Assembly (NCBI GenBank): GCA_965249575.1
Contig: OZ252244.1
Location: 832,001 to 896,000, forward strand
Source: Gemmatimonadales bacterium
GTDB lineage: Bacteria; Gemmatimonadota; Gemmatimonadetes; Gemmatimonadales; GWC2-71-9
DNA: 64,000 nt
Direction of reading: 5' to 3'
Numbering within the stretch: position 1 is the stretch's first letter; every line of letters starts with the position of its first letter. This document shows positions 19,592-29,509 of this stretch, piece after piece. Below the pieces are notes generated by a model that was given only the letters and a program-made list of their open reading frames with translations, was not told where the DNA came from and searched no databases. A program made the position numbers and the translations under genes.

Positions 19592-20965
19592 GTGACGTCT
19601 ACCCCTCGATCGCCTGATGACGGCGCGGGCTCGACTGGGTTCGTCGGGCTCGTTCAACGATCGATCGACGTTCGGCCCGAAGAGATCAGAACCCTCTTTC
19701 TTTCCGCTGCATACTTCTTCTGCATTCTCTCGAGCTATTACATCATTCGACCGATCCGTGACGAGATGGGAGTTGCGGGCGGCGTTCGGAATTTACCGTG
19801 GCTGTTTACCGGAACGCTGGCGGTGATGCTGCTGGTCAATCCGGTCTTCGCAGGCCTCGTGGTCAAGTTCTCTCGGAAGCGATTCGTGTCGATCACGTAT
19901 CGATTCTTCATCGTGAATTTGCTGATCTTCTTCCTACTGCTCACGACCGCTTCGGCAGACCGGCACGTGTGGATCGGCCGAGCCTTCTTCGTCTGGACCA
20001 GTGTCTTCAACCTCTTCGTGGTCTCGATCTTCTGGGCGTTCATGGCCGACGTCTTCCGGGTAGAGCAGAGCAAGCGTCTGTTTGGGTTCATTGGGGTGGG
20101 GGGGACGCTGGGAGCCCTAATCGGTGCCGCACTGACGGCGGTGCTGGCGGAGCGCGTGGGCCCGGTCAATCTACTCGTGCTGTCGGCGGTTCTCCTCGAG
20201 GTTGGGGTGTTCTTCGTCCGACGGCTCTCCGCTCTCTTCGCGGAGTTGCAGCGAGGTCAGGGAACCCAGCAGTCCGGCGAGACGCTGATCGGAGGGCACG
20301 TGTTCGCTGGAATTCGTGATATCGCCCGGTCCCCATATCTGTTGGGCATTTGCGGTTACATGCTGCTCTACACGGTCGCGGCCACCGTGCTGTATTTCCA
20401 GCAGGCCGAGATCGCGGAACGCTATTTCGCCGATCGCGCCGCTCGGACGGGCTTCTTCGCCAAGATCGACGTCGCGGTCAACGCGCTGACCATCCTCACT
20501 CAAATGTTTCTCACCGGCCGCATCATCAAAGCGCTCGGTGTCGCGGTTACGCTCACGTTGCTTCCCGCAGCTTGTGTGGTGGGATTCTCCACGCTGGGAT
20601 TCATGCCGACGCTTGGTGTGTTGGTGGTATTTCAGGTGCTTCGTCGCGCGGGTAACTTCGCCATCGCGCGACCGACACGAGAGACGCTCTATACCGTGGT
20701 CAGCCGGGAGGACAAGTACAAGGCGAAGAGCTTGATCGATACGGTTGTGTACCGCGGCGGGGATCAGGTCGGCGCGTGGTCCTATGCGCTGCTCGGGTGG
20801 CTTGGGCTGAGCCTATCCGGGATTGCGTTCGCGACCGCGCCAATAGCCGCCGTTTGGCTCCTCCTGGGTTACTATCTCGGCCGGGCGCAAACAGCGATGG
20901 CAGGCCAGCAATCGCACGTCGCCGCGGGTGGGCCGGCGGCACATGCCGCCGGTGTTTCGCCCTAA
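19592..20965 (+). CDS. MFS-fold transporter, NTT/AAA (ATP:ADP antiporter)-like
   Basis: YYIIRPIRD, SVFNLFVVSIFW.FMAD, RPTRETLY, KYKAKSLIDT..YR.GD. Confidence 0.85.
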   Translation: MTSTPRSPDDGAGSTGFVGLVQRSIDVRPEEIRTLFLSAAYFFCILSSYYIIRPIRDEMGVAGGVRNLPWLFTGTLAVMLLVNPVFAGLVVKFSRKRFVSITYRFFIVNLLIFFLLLTTASADRHVWIGRAFFVWTSVFNLFVVSIFWAFMADVFRVEQSKRLFGFIGVGGTLGALIGAALTAVLAERVGPVNLLVLSAVLLEVGVFFVRRLSALFAELQRGQGTQQSGETLIGGHVFAGIRDIARSPYLLGICGYMLLYTVAATVLYFQQAEIAERYFADRAARTGFFAKIDVAVNALTILTQMFLTGRIIKALGVAVTLTLLPAACVVGFSTLGFMPTLGVLVVFQVLRRAGNFAIARPTRETLYTVVSREDKYKAKSLIDTVVYRGGDQVGAWSYALLGWLGLSLSGIAFATAPIAAVWLLLGYYLGRAQTAMAGQQSHVAAGGPAAHAAGVSP

Positions 20966-20984
20966 CCGACTGGCGGCTTGGCCG

Positions 20985-22385
20985 CTACTCCCTGCCCAGT
21001 AGACTCACGCTCGCGGGAGCAGGCGCACCGTCCGGCCCGTTGTCCCAGTCCTGCGCGCTCGAGATGTTGGGCATCCCCCATTGGTGTCCGTTCCATCCGT
21101 CGAACCCGTCCATCTTGAGAGCCCAGAACCCGGTCGTCATGTCACTGGTGACGATCAACCCATCGGCGTTGCGAATGTCGACCCCGAACGATCCATTGAC
21201 CACGACCGACATCGGCGGTATCGGGTAACTGCGGTCGATCCACCGGGATTCCGGATTTCCGAACGGTGCACGCCCCATCTCGTGGGGCCCGTCGTACGTA
21301 TCGTAATACCCGACCGTATACGGATTCGTGGGATCCATCATGTTGAAGATCTGCAGCCCCTCCTCGTAGGCTGAGACGAACACGTAGGGCCACCGGACTT
21401 CGTGGTTGTGTGGGTTGGTGCGCCAGTTGGAAATCCACGCGCCGATCGGCCGGGAGATCGTCTCGACCTCGCCGTCGAGCCCCGGTCTCAGATCGAACAG
21501 CCTGAGTGGGGCGTACTGATACTCGGTTTCCGCCACGGCGAAATGGCCATCCGGAGTGGGCGTAAACGTGTGCCCCCCCGTGATTCCTGCGATGCCGGTC
21601 AACGAGGTGAGCAGCCGCGGCTGGTCGATCTGACTGACGTCATAGATGTAGTACCCGCCCGCGCCGCCTCCATAGAACTTGTCCTGACGGGTCGCGGGAT
21701 CGTAACCAAGGTAGAGATCGTGATAGCCGCGGCTCGTCGTTGGGTTCGGAATCGGGACCCGTCCGGTCAATCCGTAGTCCCCCGCACCAGCGACCAACTT
21801 CTCGAGGTCGTAGATGTTCGAGAAGGGTGCCCCCACGGTGGTGAAGAGCAATGCTCGCCCGTTGGAGTGCTTGTAGGCGAAGATGTTGTGAAATCCACCT
21901 GGCGTAGACGGAGCACGAATGCGGGCGACCTCACGAAGACTCGCCGTGTCTGGCAAGCCCGTGACATCGAAAACCACGGCGCCGAGATCGGCGTTTGGCC
22001 CGCCCTGCCTCCATTGCATCGACTGCACGTCGTAGTATCGGCCGCCGACCTTGAAGTATTTGTTGTCGAGCGCACCGATGCCCTGGTGCAGCTCTGGGTT
22101 CTCGATTCGCCACTCATAGAGCATGCGCGCGTTCGTCGGGTCTTTGAGATCGATGATGTTGAATCCCGCTGAGTGGGTCGTGCCGTGCAGGCGGGGCACG
22201 TAGGCGTACGGTCGCGACAACTCCTGCTCGATCTCGATATCCCCGATCGTGAAGATGCGGCCCAGCGGTATGTGGGACAGAATCTTCACATTGCTGCTTC
22301 CCTGCTGCCCCGGCGGGTGCTGTGCTGCCATCGTCGGAGCCCACAGAACCATCGAAAAGGCCATCACTGTCGAGAATCGACCCAT
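20985..22385 (-). CDS. Secreted LVIVD-like beta-propeller protein of unknown function
   Basis: Signal peptide; repeated His-containing blades (GFHNIF, GYHDLY, GGHTFT, NPHNHE). Confidence 0.75.
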   Translation of the reverse strand: MGRFSTVMAFSMVLWAPTMAAQHPPGQQGSSNVKILSHIPLGRIFTIGDIEIEQELSRPYAYVPRLHGTTHSAGFNIIDLKDPTNARMLYEWRIENPELHQGIGALDNKYFKVGGRYYDVQSMQWRQGGPNADLGAVVFDVTGLPDTASLREVARIRAPSTPGGFHNIFAYKHSNGRALLFTTVGAPFSNIYDLEKLVAGAGDYGLTGRVPIPNPTTSRGYHDLYLGYDPATRQDKFYGGGAGGYYIYDVSQIDQPRLLTSLTGIAGITGGHTFTPTPDGHFAVAETEYQYAPLRLFDLRPGLDGEVETISRPIGAWISNWRTNPHNHEVRWPYVFVSAYEEGLQIFNMMDPTNPYTVGYYDTYDGPHEMGRAPFGNPESRWIDRSYPIPPMSVVVNGSFGVDIRNADGLIVTSDMTTGFWALKMDGFDGWNGHQWGMPNISSAQDWDNGPDGAPAPASVSLLGRE

Positions 22386-22809
22386 GGGACGCCCCCACAC
22401 GGATTGTGAATGCGCATTTCGCTGCGACACACTAAAAAGGGCAGGCGTGCCACAGGTCCTAACGATCTTTCTCAAGTTGCCTTCCCGTGGCACCTACGGC
22501 AACCATCGGGCGCGGCCAGCAGCGCCAATGTTACCCCTCCGGCGATGCTCGCGACCGAACGCGTGACTCGAGCGTCTCGATCACTCCGGTGCCGGGTCCT
22601 CATGACGAAACCGGTGAGCGCTCGGCTCAGGAAAACACCCCCGCGTGGCAACGGTTCTTCACGAATCTCGCGTGGCCGGGGGGGTTGCCGCTCGGACAAG
22701 AGATGCAGATCATCCCTTGAGCAGGGGGTCCGGTTCGCACTCGGACACCGACGCTCCAACGACCGATACGCGGTGGAGCGGCCCCGCGCGTTGGCCCCAG
22801 CGGAGGACG

Positions 22810-23169
22810 ATGGAAGTCCAGATCTTTGGCCTCAAGAAGAGCGCGGACACTCGGAAAGCGTTGCGCTTCTTCGCCGAGCGTCGGATCAGAACGCATTTCG
22901 TGGACCTCAGAAAGCGCGCGATGGCACCCGGTGAGTTGCGGCGCTTCGCCCAGCGGTTCGGCGTCAGCGCGCTGGTCGACCGGGAAGCGCCCCGGTTCGC
23001 CAACCTGGGGCTGCGAGTTGCGCGCCTGTCGGACGATCACCTGCTGGCGAAGTTGGCGTCCGAGCCGCTCATTCTGCGAATGCCGCTCGTGCGCTCTGGG
23101 CAACGATTGGCCGTGGGGCCCGCGGAGGACCAATGGCGTCTCTGGACCGAGCAGGACAGTCCATCATGA
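22810..23169 (+). CDS. ArsC/Spx-family protein (no cysteines)
   Basis: GGAGG SD; QIFG.KKS.DTRKALRFF, GEL..F, P.ILR.PLVR.G. Confidence 0.82.
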   Translation: MEVQIFGLKKSADTRKALRFFAERRIRTHFVDLRKRAMAPGELRRFAQRFGVSALVDREAPRFANLGLRVARLSDDHLLAKLASEPLILRMPLVRSGQRLAVGPAEDQWRLWTEQDSPS

Positions 23170-23750
23170 TCGTTCGGCCCGTGACCCTCGAGGGACAGTT
23201 CATCCGGCTCGAACCGCTGGGGATGGAGCATCGCCCCGCACTGTGTGCGGTCGCGTTCGACGAGGACATCTGGCGATGGGCCACTGTGTCGATGCAGACC
23301 CCGGACGAGATGCGCCGTTACATCGAGACGGCGCTCCGATGGCAACGAGAGGGATCGGCCCTGCCGTTTGCCATCACACTTCAGCGCACCGGGCAGGCCG
23401 TGGGGAGCACTCGATTCGCGAACATAGACACATCGAATCGCCGTCTGGAGATCGGGTGGACCTGGCTGGCACGGCCCTGGCAGCGTACCGCCGCGAACAC
23501 GGAGGCCAAATACCTCCTCTTGAGTCACGCCTTCGAGGAGCTGGGCGCCGTTCGCGTCGAGTTCAAGACGGACACGCACAACGCACAGTCCCGCCGTGCA
23601 CTTCAGCGGATCGGCGCTCGAGAAGAGGGGACCCTCCGAAGCCACATGTTGCTGGAAACCGGCCGGATCAGGGATTCCGTGTACTACAGCATCATCGCGC
23701 CCGAATGGCCCGCGGTGAAGGTCGCACTCGAGCAGAGACTCACGGCTTGA
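23166..23750 (+). CDS. GNAT N-acetyltransferase (RimJ/RimL family)
   Basis: GSTRF, LEIGWTW, NTEAKYLLL, N.QSRRA.QRIGA..EG.LR. Confidence 0.92.
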   Translation: MIVRPVTLEGQFIRLEPLGMEHRPALCAVAFDEDIWRWATVSMQTPDEMRRYIETALRWQREGSALPFAITLQRTGQAVGSTRFANIDTSNRRLEIGWTWLARPWQRTAANTEAKYLLLSHAFEELGAVRVEFKTDTHNAQSRRALQRIGAREEGTLRSHMLLETGRIRDSVYYSIIAPEWPAVKVALEQRLTA

Positions 23751-23766
23751 TGGACGTACCGCGCCA

Positions 23767-24506
23767 ATGAACAACGCCGCGATGCCCGGCCTTGAGCCGT
23801 GGCAACCGCACGGTGACGCCCTTCGCGCGTATCACGACGGAGAACGTGACGCCCAGATCGTCGTGCATGACGACTTCGAGCGACAGGCAATCCCGGTGCG
23901 TTACTTTTTTTTGGGCGCCGCGGGACTTCCCTCACCTGGAGACCAAGGCGTTGTCTCTGGCTCGGGGGCGAACGCTCGACGTGGGCGCTGGGACGGGATG
24001 TCACGCTCTGGCCCTCCAGAACCGCTCGCTGGAGGTGACGGCAATCGACATCTTGCCGGAGTCGGTTGGCGTCATGCGGTCTCGGGGCGTTCGAGATGCC
24101 CGACAGGTGAGCATCTACGACTTCCACGACAAGCCGTTCGAAACGCTCTTGTTCATGATGAACGGTCTCGGAATAGCCGAAACGCTCAGTGGTCTGAGCC
24201 GGCTTCTCGATCACGCGCGACGGCTCCTCAAACCCAACGGACAAATCCTCGCGGACTCGGCTGACCTCCGGCCCAGATGGCAGAGCCGCGGGGTCGATCG
24301 AGGAGCGCTGTTCTTGGACGATGGTCGGTATGTCGGCGAACTCCATGTCCAGCTCGAATTCGCGGGTAAGAAAGGGCCACCCTTTCAGCATCTGTACGTC
24401 GATCCGGATACCCTCGCCGCGTGCGCGCACCGCGCTGGTTGGGGCTCCGAGATGATACTCCAGCCCGATAGCCCATCCTTTCCTAGCGCGGCTGGTCCCT
24501 GGTTAA
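23767..24506 (+). CDS. Class I SAM-dependent methyltransferase, two frameshifts
   Basis: TLDVGAGTGCHAL, MMNGLG; shifts at the T8 run 23905-23912 and near 24475, restoring C-terminus FLARLVPG-stop. Confidence 0.78.
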
Positions 24507-24655
24507 CCGCGATACGATCAACGATTTGGCCTCGAAGTTCCGCACAAACGAGCCGGTTGCCATCGATCCGGTAGGCCACCGGGTGCCCCGAGTCCCCCAC
24601 GCCGGCCGTAGTCGCGAGTGGAGTACGGGCATACGGCTTGCATATATTCCGACCA

Positions 24656-25708
24656 ATGAAAGCGACCTCCGGCCACGCCGCGATCAGCGGCGCCGCCTCT
24701 GACCCGGCCTCACTGGCACGAGGAATTACCGGGCTCCGCTCGCGGCCCGAGCAAGCCGCTTGGAGCCTGTTCATGGCAGGTGCTCTCGCTCTGCTTGCCG
24801 TCCCAGGGCACGCTCAGGAGACAGGGCCCGGCATCCTGGTGGGTTGGTCTCCCGCACAGCCTGCTGAGGGCTCGTTCGCGTTCATCGTCGTCCAACCCGA
24901 CAGCGGCCCGGCGAGTTCGGACCCAGCTACAACCGTCACGGGCGAAATGGCTGGGGAGCGCCTGCATTTCGAGCGGGACAGCGCCGGCGCCTTTCGCGCG
25001 CTCGGAGCCGCACCGCTGGGGGCACATCCCGACCTCTCGATCGCGCTGACGATCGGGCGGCGAAGCGGTGCGCAAGAGCGGGTGAAGAAACGCCTCCGGG
25101 TGAATCCGCAGGATTTCCCGGTCGAACGGCTCAGTGTCGAACCGAAGTTCGTCGATCCTCCCGATTCCGCCCTCGCCGCGCGCATCGCGCGAGAGCGCCG
25201 CCTGGCCCGCGCCGTTACCCGACGGTCACACGACACGCCGCGAGTGTGGCGTCGGGAGTTTCACCCACCGCGAGGCAGTCGCATTACCAGCCAATACGGC
25301 ATGGGCCGGGAATACAACGGTGTACTGCAAAGCCGGCATTTGGGTGTCGATTTCGCGGGTGCCGCAGGGGCGCCGGTGCTCGCGACGAACGACGGCGTGG
25401 TCGCGCTCGTGGGAGATTTCTATTACTCCGGGACGATCGTCTATCTCGACCACGGCGAGGGTCTAGTCACCGCATACTTGCATTTGAGCTCCACCGACGT
25501 GGCTCCGGGGGACACCGTCAGCCGTGGCCAGTTGGTCGGCCGCGTTGGAGCGAGTGGGCGGGTCACAGGACCGCACCTTCACTGGCATGCGAAGTACGGC
25601 CGGCTTACGCTCAATCCCCTCACCCTCCTGGAGCTAGTTCCCCCGACACGTCGGGTCGGCACGCCCGTAGACGCCGGCGGCCTGCCGGAGAACGGGTCCG
25701 CTCTCTAG
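24656..25708 (+). CDS. M23 family metallopeptidase
   Basis: HLGVD, YLHLS, TGPHLH; start uncertain (24656 or 24773). Confidence 0.9.
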   Translation: MKATSGHAAISGAASDPASLARGITGLRSRPEQAAWSLFMAGALALLAVPGHAQETGPGILVGWSPAQPAEGSFAFIVVQPDSGPASSDPATTVTGEMAGERLHFERDSAGAFRALGAAPLGAHPDLSIALTIGRRSGAQERVKKRLRVNPQDFPVERLSVEPKFVDPPDSALAARIARERRLARAVTRRSHDTPRVWRREFHPPRGSRITSQYGMGREYNGVLQSRHLGVDFAGAAGAPVLATNDGVVALVGDFYYSGTIVYLDHGEGLVTAYLHLSSTDVAPGDTVSRGQLVGRVGASGRVTGPHLHWHAKYGRLTLNPLTLLELVPPTRRVGTPVDAGGLPENGSAL

Positions 25709-25747
25709 GCGCCCACCCGTCCGCGAGAAGACCGCTTTTTCACTATC

Positions 25748-26839
25748 TTGCCGGTCGTGACCACGGCAAGTCTCACACATCTCGGTTGGACCGAGGAGTT
25801 CGCGGGCAGCTTCGGGCCGCACGCCGACGCAGGCTTCATACCGGCCCGTGTCGCCGTGGAGCACCGGAGCCTGTACGGGCTGTACTCAGCGGCCGGCGAG
25901 CTCACAGGAGAGCTCGCCGGCCGCCTCCGGCACGAAGGTATCGGCCCCGGGGACTTGCCGGGGGTCGGGGATTGGGTCGCCGCGGAACCGGACCCGGCAT
26001 CGTCCCACGCAACCATCCACGCCGTGCTCCCACGTAAGAGCTGCTTTCTCCGCAAGCGCGCCGGCGAGAACGCGGTCGAGCAGGTGCTCGCGTCCAACGT
26101 CGATTTCGTGTTTCTCATAACGTCTCTGGCGGGCGAACTGAGTCCGAGACGGTTGGAGCGTTACCTCGTCATGGCTTGGGAAAGCGGCGCGGCCCCCGTG
26201 CTATTGCTGAACAAAGCCGATCTCGCCACCGACATCGACGACCCCGCGGCAGACGTCCGCTCGATCGCTGGGGGAGTGCCCCTTCACATCGTGAGCGCGA
26301 CCACTGGTCTAGGCATCGACGAGCTTGGTCAGTACTTCCGCAACCACCGAACCGTGGCTTTGTTGGGATCCTCTGGCGTCGGGAAATCGACCCTCATTAA
26401 CCAACTCGTTGGCCGCGAGATCCAACGCGTGCAGCCCATCCGCGCGGCGGACGGCAAGGGACGCCACACGACCGTCCGGCGCGAATTGATCGTGCTGCCG
26501 GATGGTGGACTGATCATGGACACCCCAGGCATGCGTGAGATGCAGCTCTGGGAGGGCGCCCTGGGGATCCGGGAAGCCTTCCATGACATCGATCAGCTTG
26601 CTAACGGCTGCAAATTCGACGACTGCCAGCACGACACCGAACCGGAATGTGCGGTCCACCGGGCCGTCGAATCAGGAACGCTGGCTCCAGAGCGCCTCGC
26701 CAGCTACCACAAGCTCGTCAAGGAATTGCGCCAGCTGGACCGGAAGCGGGACAAAAGACTGGCGAGCGAGGGCAGACGCCGCGACAAGGCTGCCATGCGC
26801 CGCATTCGATGGCTCCGAACAAATCGCGACAAACCATGA
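25748..26839 (+). CDS. rsgA: Ribosome small subunit-dependent GTPase A
   Basis: NKAD, GSSGVGKSTL, GRHTT, DTPGMRE, CKFDDCQH..EPEC zinc finger. Confidence 0.95.
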   Translation: MPVVTTASLTHLGWTEEFAGSFGPHADAGFIPARVAVEHRSLYGLYSAAGELTGELAGRLRHEGIGPGDLPGVGDWVAAEPDPASSHATIHAVLPRKSCFLRKRAGENAVEQVLASNVDFVFLITSLAGELSPRRLERYLVMAWESGAAPVLLLNKADLATDIDDPAADVRSIAGGVPLHIVSATTGLGIDELGQYFRNHRTVALLGSSGVGKSTLINQLVGREIQRVQPIRAADGKGRHTTVRRELIVLPDGGLIMDTPGMREMQLWEGALGIREAFHDIDQLANGCKFDDCQHDTEPECAVHRAVESGTLAPERLASYHKLVKELRQLDRKRDKRLASEGRRRDKAAMRRIRWLRTNRDKP

Positions 26840-26870
26840 CCGCGGCCCGGCGCAGCGACGGGGCGTGCGA

Positions 26871-27353
26871 TTAGCCTCCTACTAGCTTTTCGACTTCGTC
26901 GAGGAGCCGGCGTTCGTCAAGTGCGGCCTTGGGGTCAGTAGACCGGTGGATATACCGGACCTTGCCCACCACATCGATCAACAGGGTTCCGGACTGCTGA
27001 ATGACGAGCAAGCTCTTTCTCAACCCGTAAGCACGATACGACGTCCGGTCCTTATCCCCGAGCACGGGGAAGGGGAGTTGGTGTTTCTCGGAGAATTGCG
27101 CGGCGGCCTCGGCAGTCGACGGACCGATGACCAGCACCCCAACACCGCGATCTTGAAGGTATTTGTACATCCGCCCCAACTGGACTGTGTGCTGAGCGCA
27201 GTAGTGTCAGGTGAACGCGCGGCCGAAGTAGAGCACCACGTGCTCGTTGCCCCTGTAACTCGACAGAGTGACGGGACGGCCCAGATTCGAATCGACCGTA
27301 AAGTCGGGGGCCGCCGACCCAACCCTCAGCTCATCGTTATGTGCGTGTGTCAT
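26871..27353 (-). CDS. Peroxiredoxin-like (AhpC/TSA) redoxin with in-frame TGA, probable selenocysteine (UxxC)
   Basis: ATG 27353 with AAGGGG SD: …VGSAAPDFTV…VTLSSYRG.EHVVLYFGRAFT-TGA-HYCAQH… in frame with the 26871-27179 ORF; 160 aa total. Confidence 0.85.
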
Positions 27354-27419
27354 CGATTACCCCTTGATGGTGGTACCCCCCCGGGGGCCCCTCTACCCCA
27401 GCTGCGCGACCTCGACCCG

Positions 27420-28043
27420 TCACTCGGCGGCGGTTACAGAGTTCTTGAGTACACCGACGCCTTGCACCTCGACCTCGACAGTGTCACCCGCGCGAAGCGG
27501 ACCAACACCTTCCGGCGTACCCGTGGCGACCAGGTCGCCCGGCTCGAGCGTCATGATCTGCGAGATGTATGCGAGGAGCATTGGGATCTTGAACGCCATG
27601 TCAGCCGCTAGTCCCCGCTGGCGCTCTTCGCCATTGACCCGACAGGACACTTCCAGGCCGCTCAAGCCCTCACTCGCCAGGAGCGGCGCAATCCGAGGCC
27701 CCACGGGACAAAAGGTGTCAAATCCCTTGGCCCTCGTCCATTGACTGTCGGCGCTCTGCAGGTCCCGCGCCGTCACGTCGTTGACGCAGGTAATGCCAGC
27801 CACCGCACGAATCGCCTCGGCTTCCGAACCCCGGCGCAGCATCGAGCCCATGACGACTCCGATCTCCGCCTCGTGCTCCACTTGGCCAGAGGCGTCCGGG
27901 ATGACGATTGCGTCGCCGTCCCCGATGATCGCGGAGGGCGGTTTGAGAAAGAGCAGCGGCCGATCCGGAACCACATTGCCAAGCTCCTTCTCGTGTTTCG
28001 CGTAGTTCCGGCCGACGCACACGATCTTACCGGGACGGATCAC
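27420..28043 (-). CDS. Fumarylacetoacetate hydrolase family protein
   Basis: KIVCVGRNY, FLKPPS, HEAE, NDVTARD, KGFDTFCP, TGTPEGVG. Confidence 0.93.
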   Translation of the reverse strand: MIRPGKIVCVGRNYAKHEKELGNVVPDRPLLFLKPPSAIIGDGDAIVIPDASGQVEHEAEIGVVMGSMLRRGSEAEAIRAVAGITCVNDVTARDLQSADSQWTRAKGFDTFCPVGPRIAPLLASEGLSGLEVSCRVNGEERQRGLAADMAFKIPMLLAYISQIMTLEPGDLVATGTPEGVGPLRAGDTVEVEVQGVGVLKNSVTAAE

Positions 28044-28089
28044 TGGCAAACGGCCTCGAAACGCACAATCGCCGCGCGTCCACCGAGTT

Positions 28090-28812
28090 TCATTCCACCG
28101 CCCGCCGATCGGTCTCGCCGAAATTCCTGAGCACCGGAGACAAGATACGCCAAACGTTGTCCGCCATGATTCGGTGGCCGTCGGCCGTCGGATGAATGCC
28201 GTCCGCCTGATTGAGATCGGGCACCGCGGCGACGTTCTCCAGGAGGAAGGGGATCAGCGCGGCGTGGTTCGTTCGGGCGAGTTCGGCAAAGAGCTGGCGG
28301 AATTCATGCGTGTACCGTTGTCCGAGGTTAGGGGGGGCCTGCATACCCGCAATGACGATCCCGGCCGCGGGATGGCGTAGTCTCGTCCGGTCGATGATCT
28401 CCTGGAGGTTCCGGTGAGCTGCTGCGAGGTCCTGTCCGCGAAGGGCGTCGTTGGCTCCGGATTCGAGGACGAGAACGGCGATGGGCTGTCCGAGCAACCA
28501 GTCGATGCGCCGCAGGGCACCGGCCGACGTTTCCCCACTCACGCCAGCGTTGACGACGCGGAACGTCAGTCCGACGGAGTCGATGCGCTCCTGGATGACT
28601 GCCGGGTATGCGTCATCCAACGGAAGGCCCAGGCCCGCCGTGAGGCTGGTCCCCAGGAAAAGGACGACCGGTGTCGTGTCGGCCGGGATCGGAACCGGGG
28701 CGGCCGCCTCTTCCCCCGAGGCCACACCGCCTGCCGCGACCTCGGGCTCCCGCTCGCCAGTACAGGCGAGGGTGCAACAAATCAACGCCGTCCAACGTAT
28801 CTTTTGAACCAT
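28090..28812 (-). CDS. tesA: GDSL/SGNH arylesterase (TesA-like), probable lipoprotein
   Basis: GTSLTAG, NAGVSGETS, GAND, DGIHP; lipobox-like TLAC. Confidence 0.88.
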   Translation of the reverse strand: MVQKIRWTALICCTLACTGEREPEVAAGGVASGEEAAAPVPIPADTTPVVLFLGTSLTAGLGLPLDDAYPAVIQERIDSVGLTFRVVNAGVSGETSAGALRRIDWLLGQPIAVLVLESGANDALRGQDLAAAHRNLQEIIDRTRLRHPAAGIVIAGMQAPPNLGQRYTHEFRQLFAELARTNHAALIPFLLENVAAVPDLNQADGIHPTADGHRIMADNVWRILSPVLRNFGETDRRAVE

Positions 28813-29509
28813 GATGATCGTTGCGGAAGATCTCGAGCAGACGTATCTGAGCGGCGGCAGGCCGCTCACGGTCCTCAAACAAGTTAACCTGGCGATCGAG
28901 CCACAGGGGTTCGTCGCCGTCGTCGGCCCGTCGGGGAGCGGCAAGACCACCCTCCTGGGCCTACTGGCCGGCCTGGACTTGCCGTCTCGCGGGCGGGTGG
29001 CACTGGATGGACAGGAACTCGGCGCTATGACCGAGAACGAACGAGCCCGACTGCGGGCCGAGAAGATTGGCTTCGTGTTCCAAACCTTCCAGCTCATTCC
29101 AACGCTCACCGCGTTGGAGAACGTGCTCGTTCCCATGGAGCTTCAGGGCAATCACGGATCCAACGGGCGCGCCGCAGAGGAGCGAGCACGCGACCTCCTC
29201 GCGCGCGTCGGCCTGGGCGATCGGGCGCATCACTACCCGACGCAGCTCTCCGGAGGTGAGCAGCAGCGCGTTGGGCTGGCGCGAGCCTTCGCCAACCGCC
29301 CCAAGATTCTCATGGCCGACGAGCCAACCGGCAGCCTGGACGCCGACACCGGACAAACGGTCATCGACCTGCTGGTCCAGCTGAACCGGGACGAAGAAAC
29401 CACGCTCGTTCTGGTTACCCACGATCCAGATCTCGCTGCTCGTGCTCACCGCATCGTCCGGCTCTCCGGCGGCAGAATCATCTCGGACGAGCGACACGCC
29501 CCGTCGTGA
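28811..29509 (+). CDS. ybbA: ABC transporter ATP-binding protein (YbbA-like)
   Basis: GPSGSGKT, LSGGEQQR, MADEPTG; divergent from the tesA-like gene. Confidence 0.9.
   Translation: MMIVAEDLEQTYLSGGRPLTVLKQVNLAIEPQGFVAVVGPSGSGKTTLLGLLAGLDLPSRGRVALDGQELGAMTENERARLRAEKIGFVFQTFQLIPTLTALENVLVPMELQGNHGSNGRAAEERARDLLARVGLGDRAHHYPTQLSGGEQQRVGLARAFANRPKILMADEPTGSLDADTGQTVIDLLVQLNRDEETTLVLVTHDPDLAARAHRIVRLSGGRIISDERHAPS

Noticed and set aside
28813..29136. 348-aa extended arylesterase ORF
   Set aside because: The extension is antisense to the ABC ATPase; the signal peptide begins at ATG 28812.
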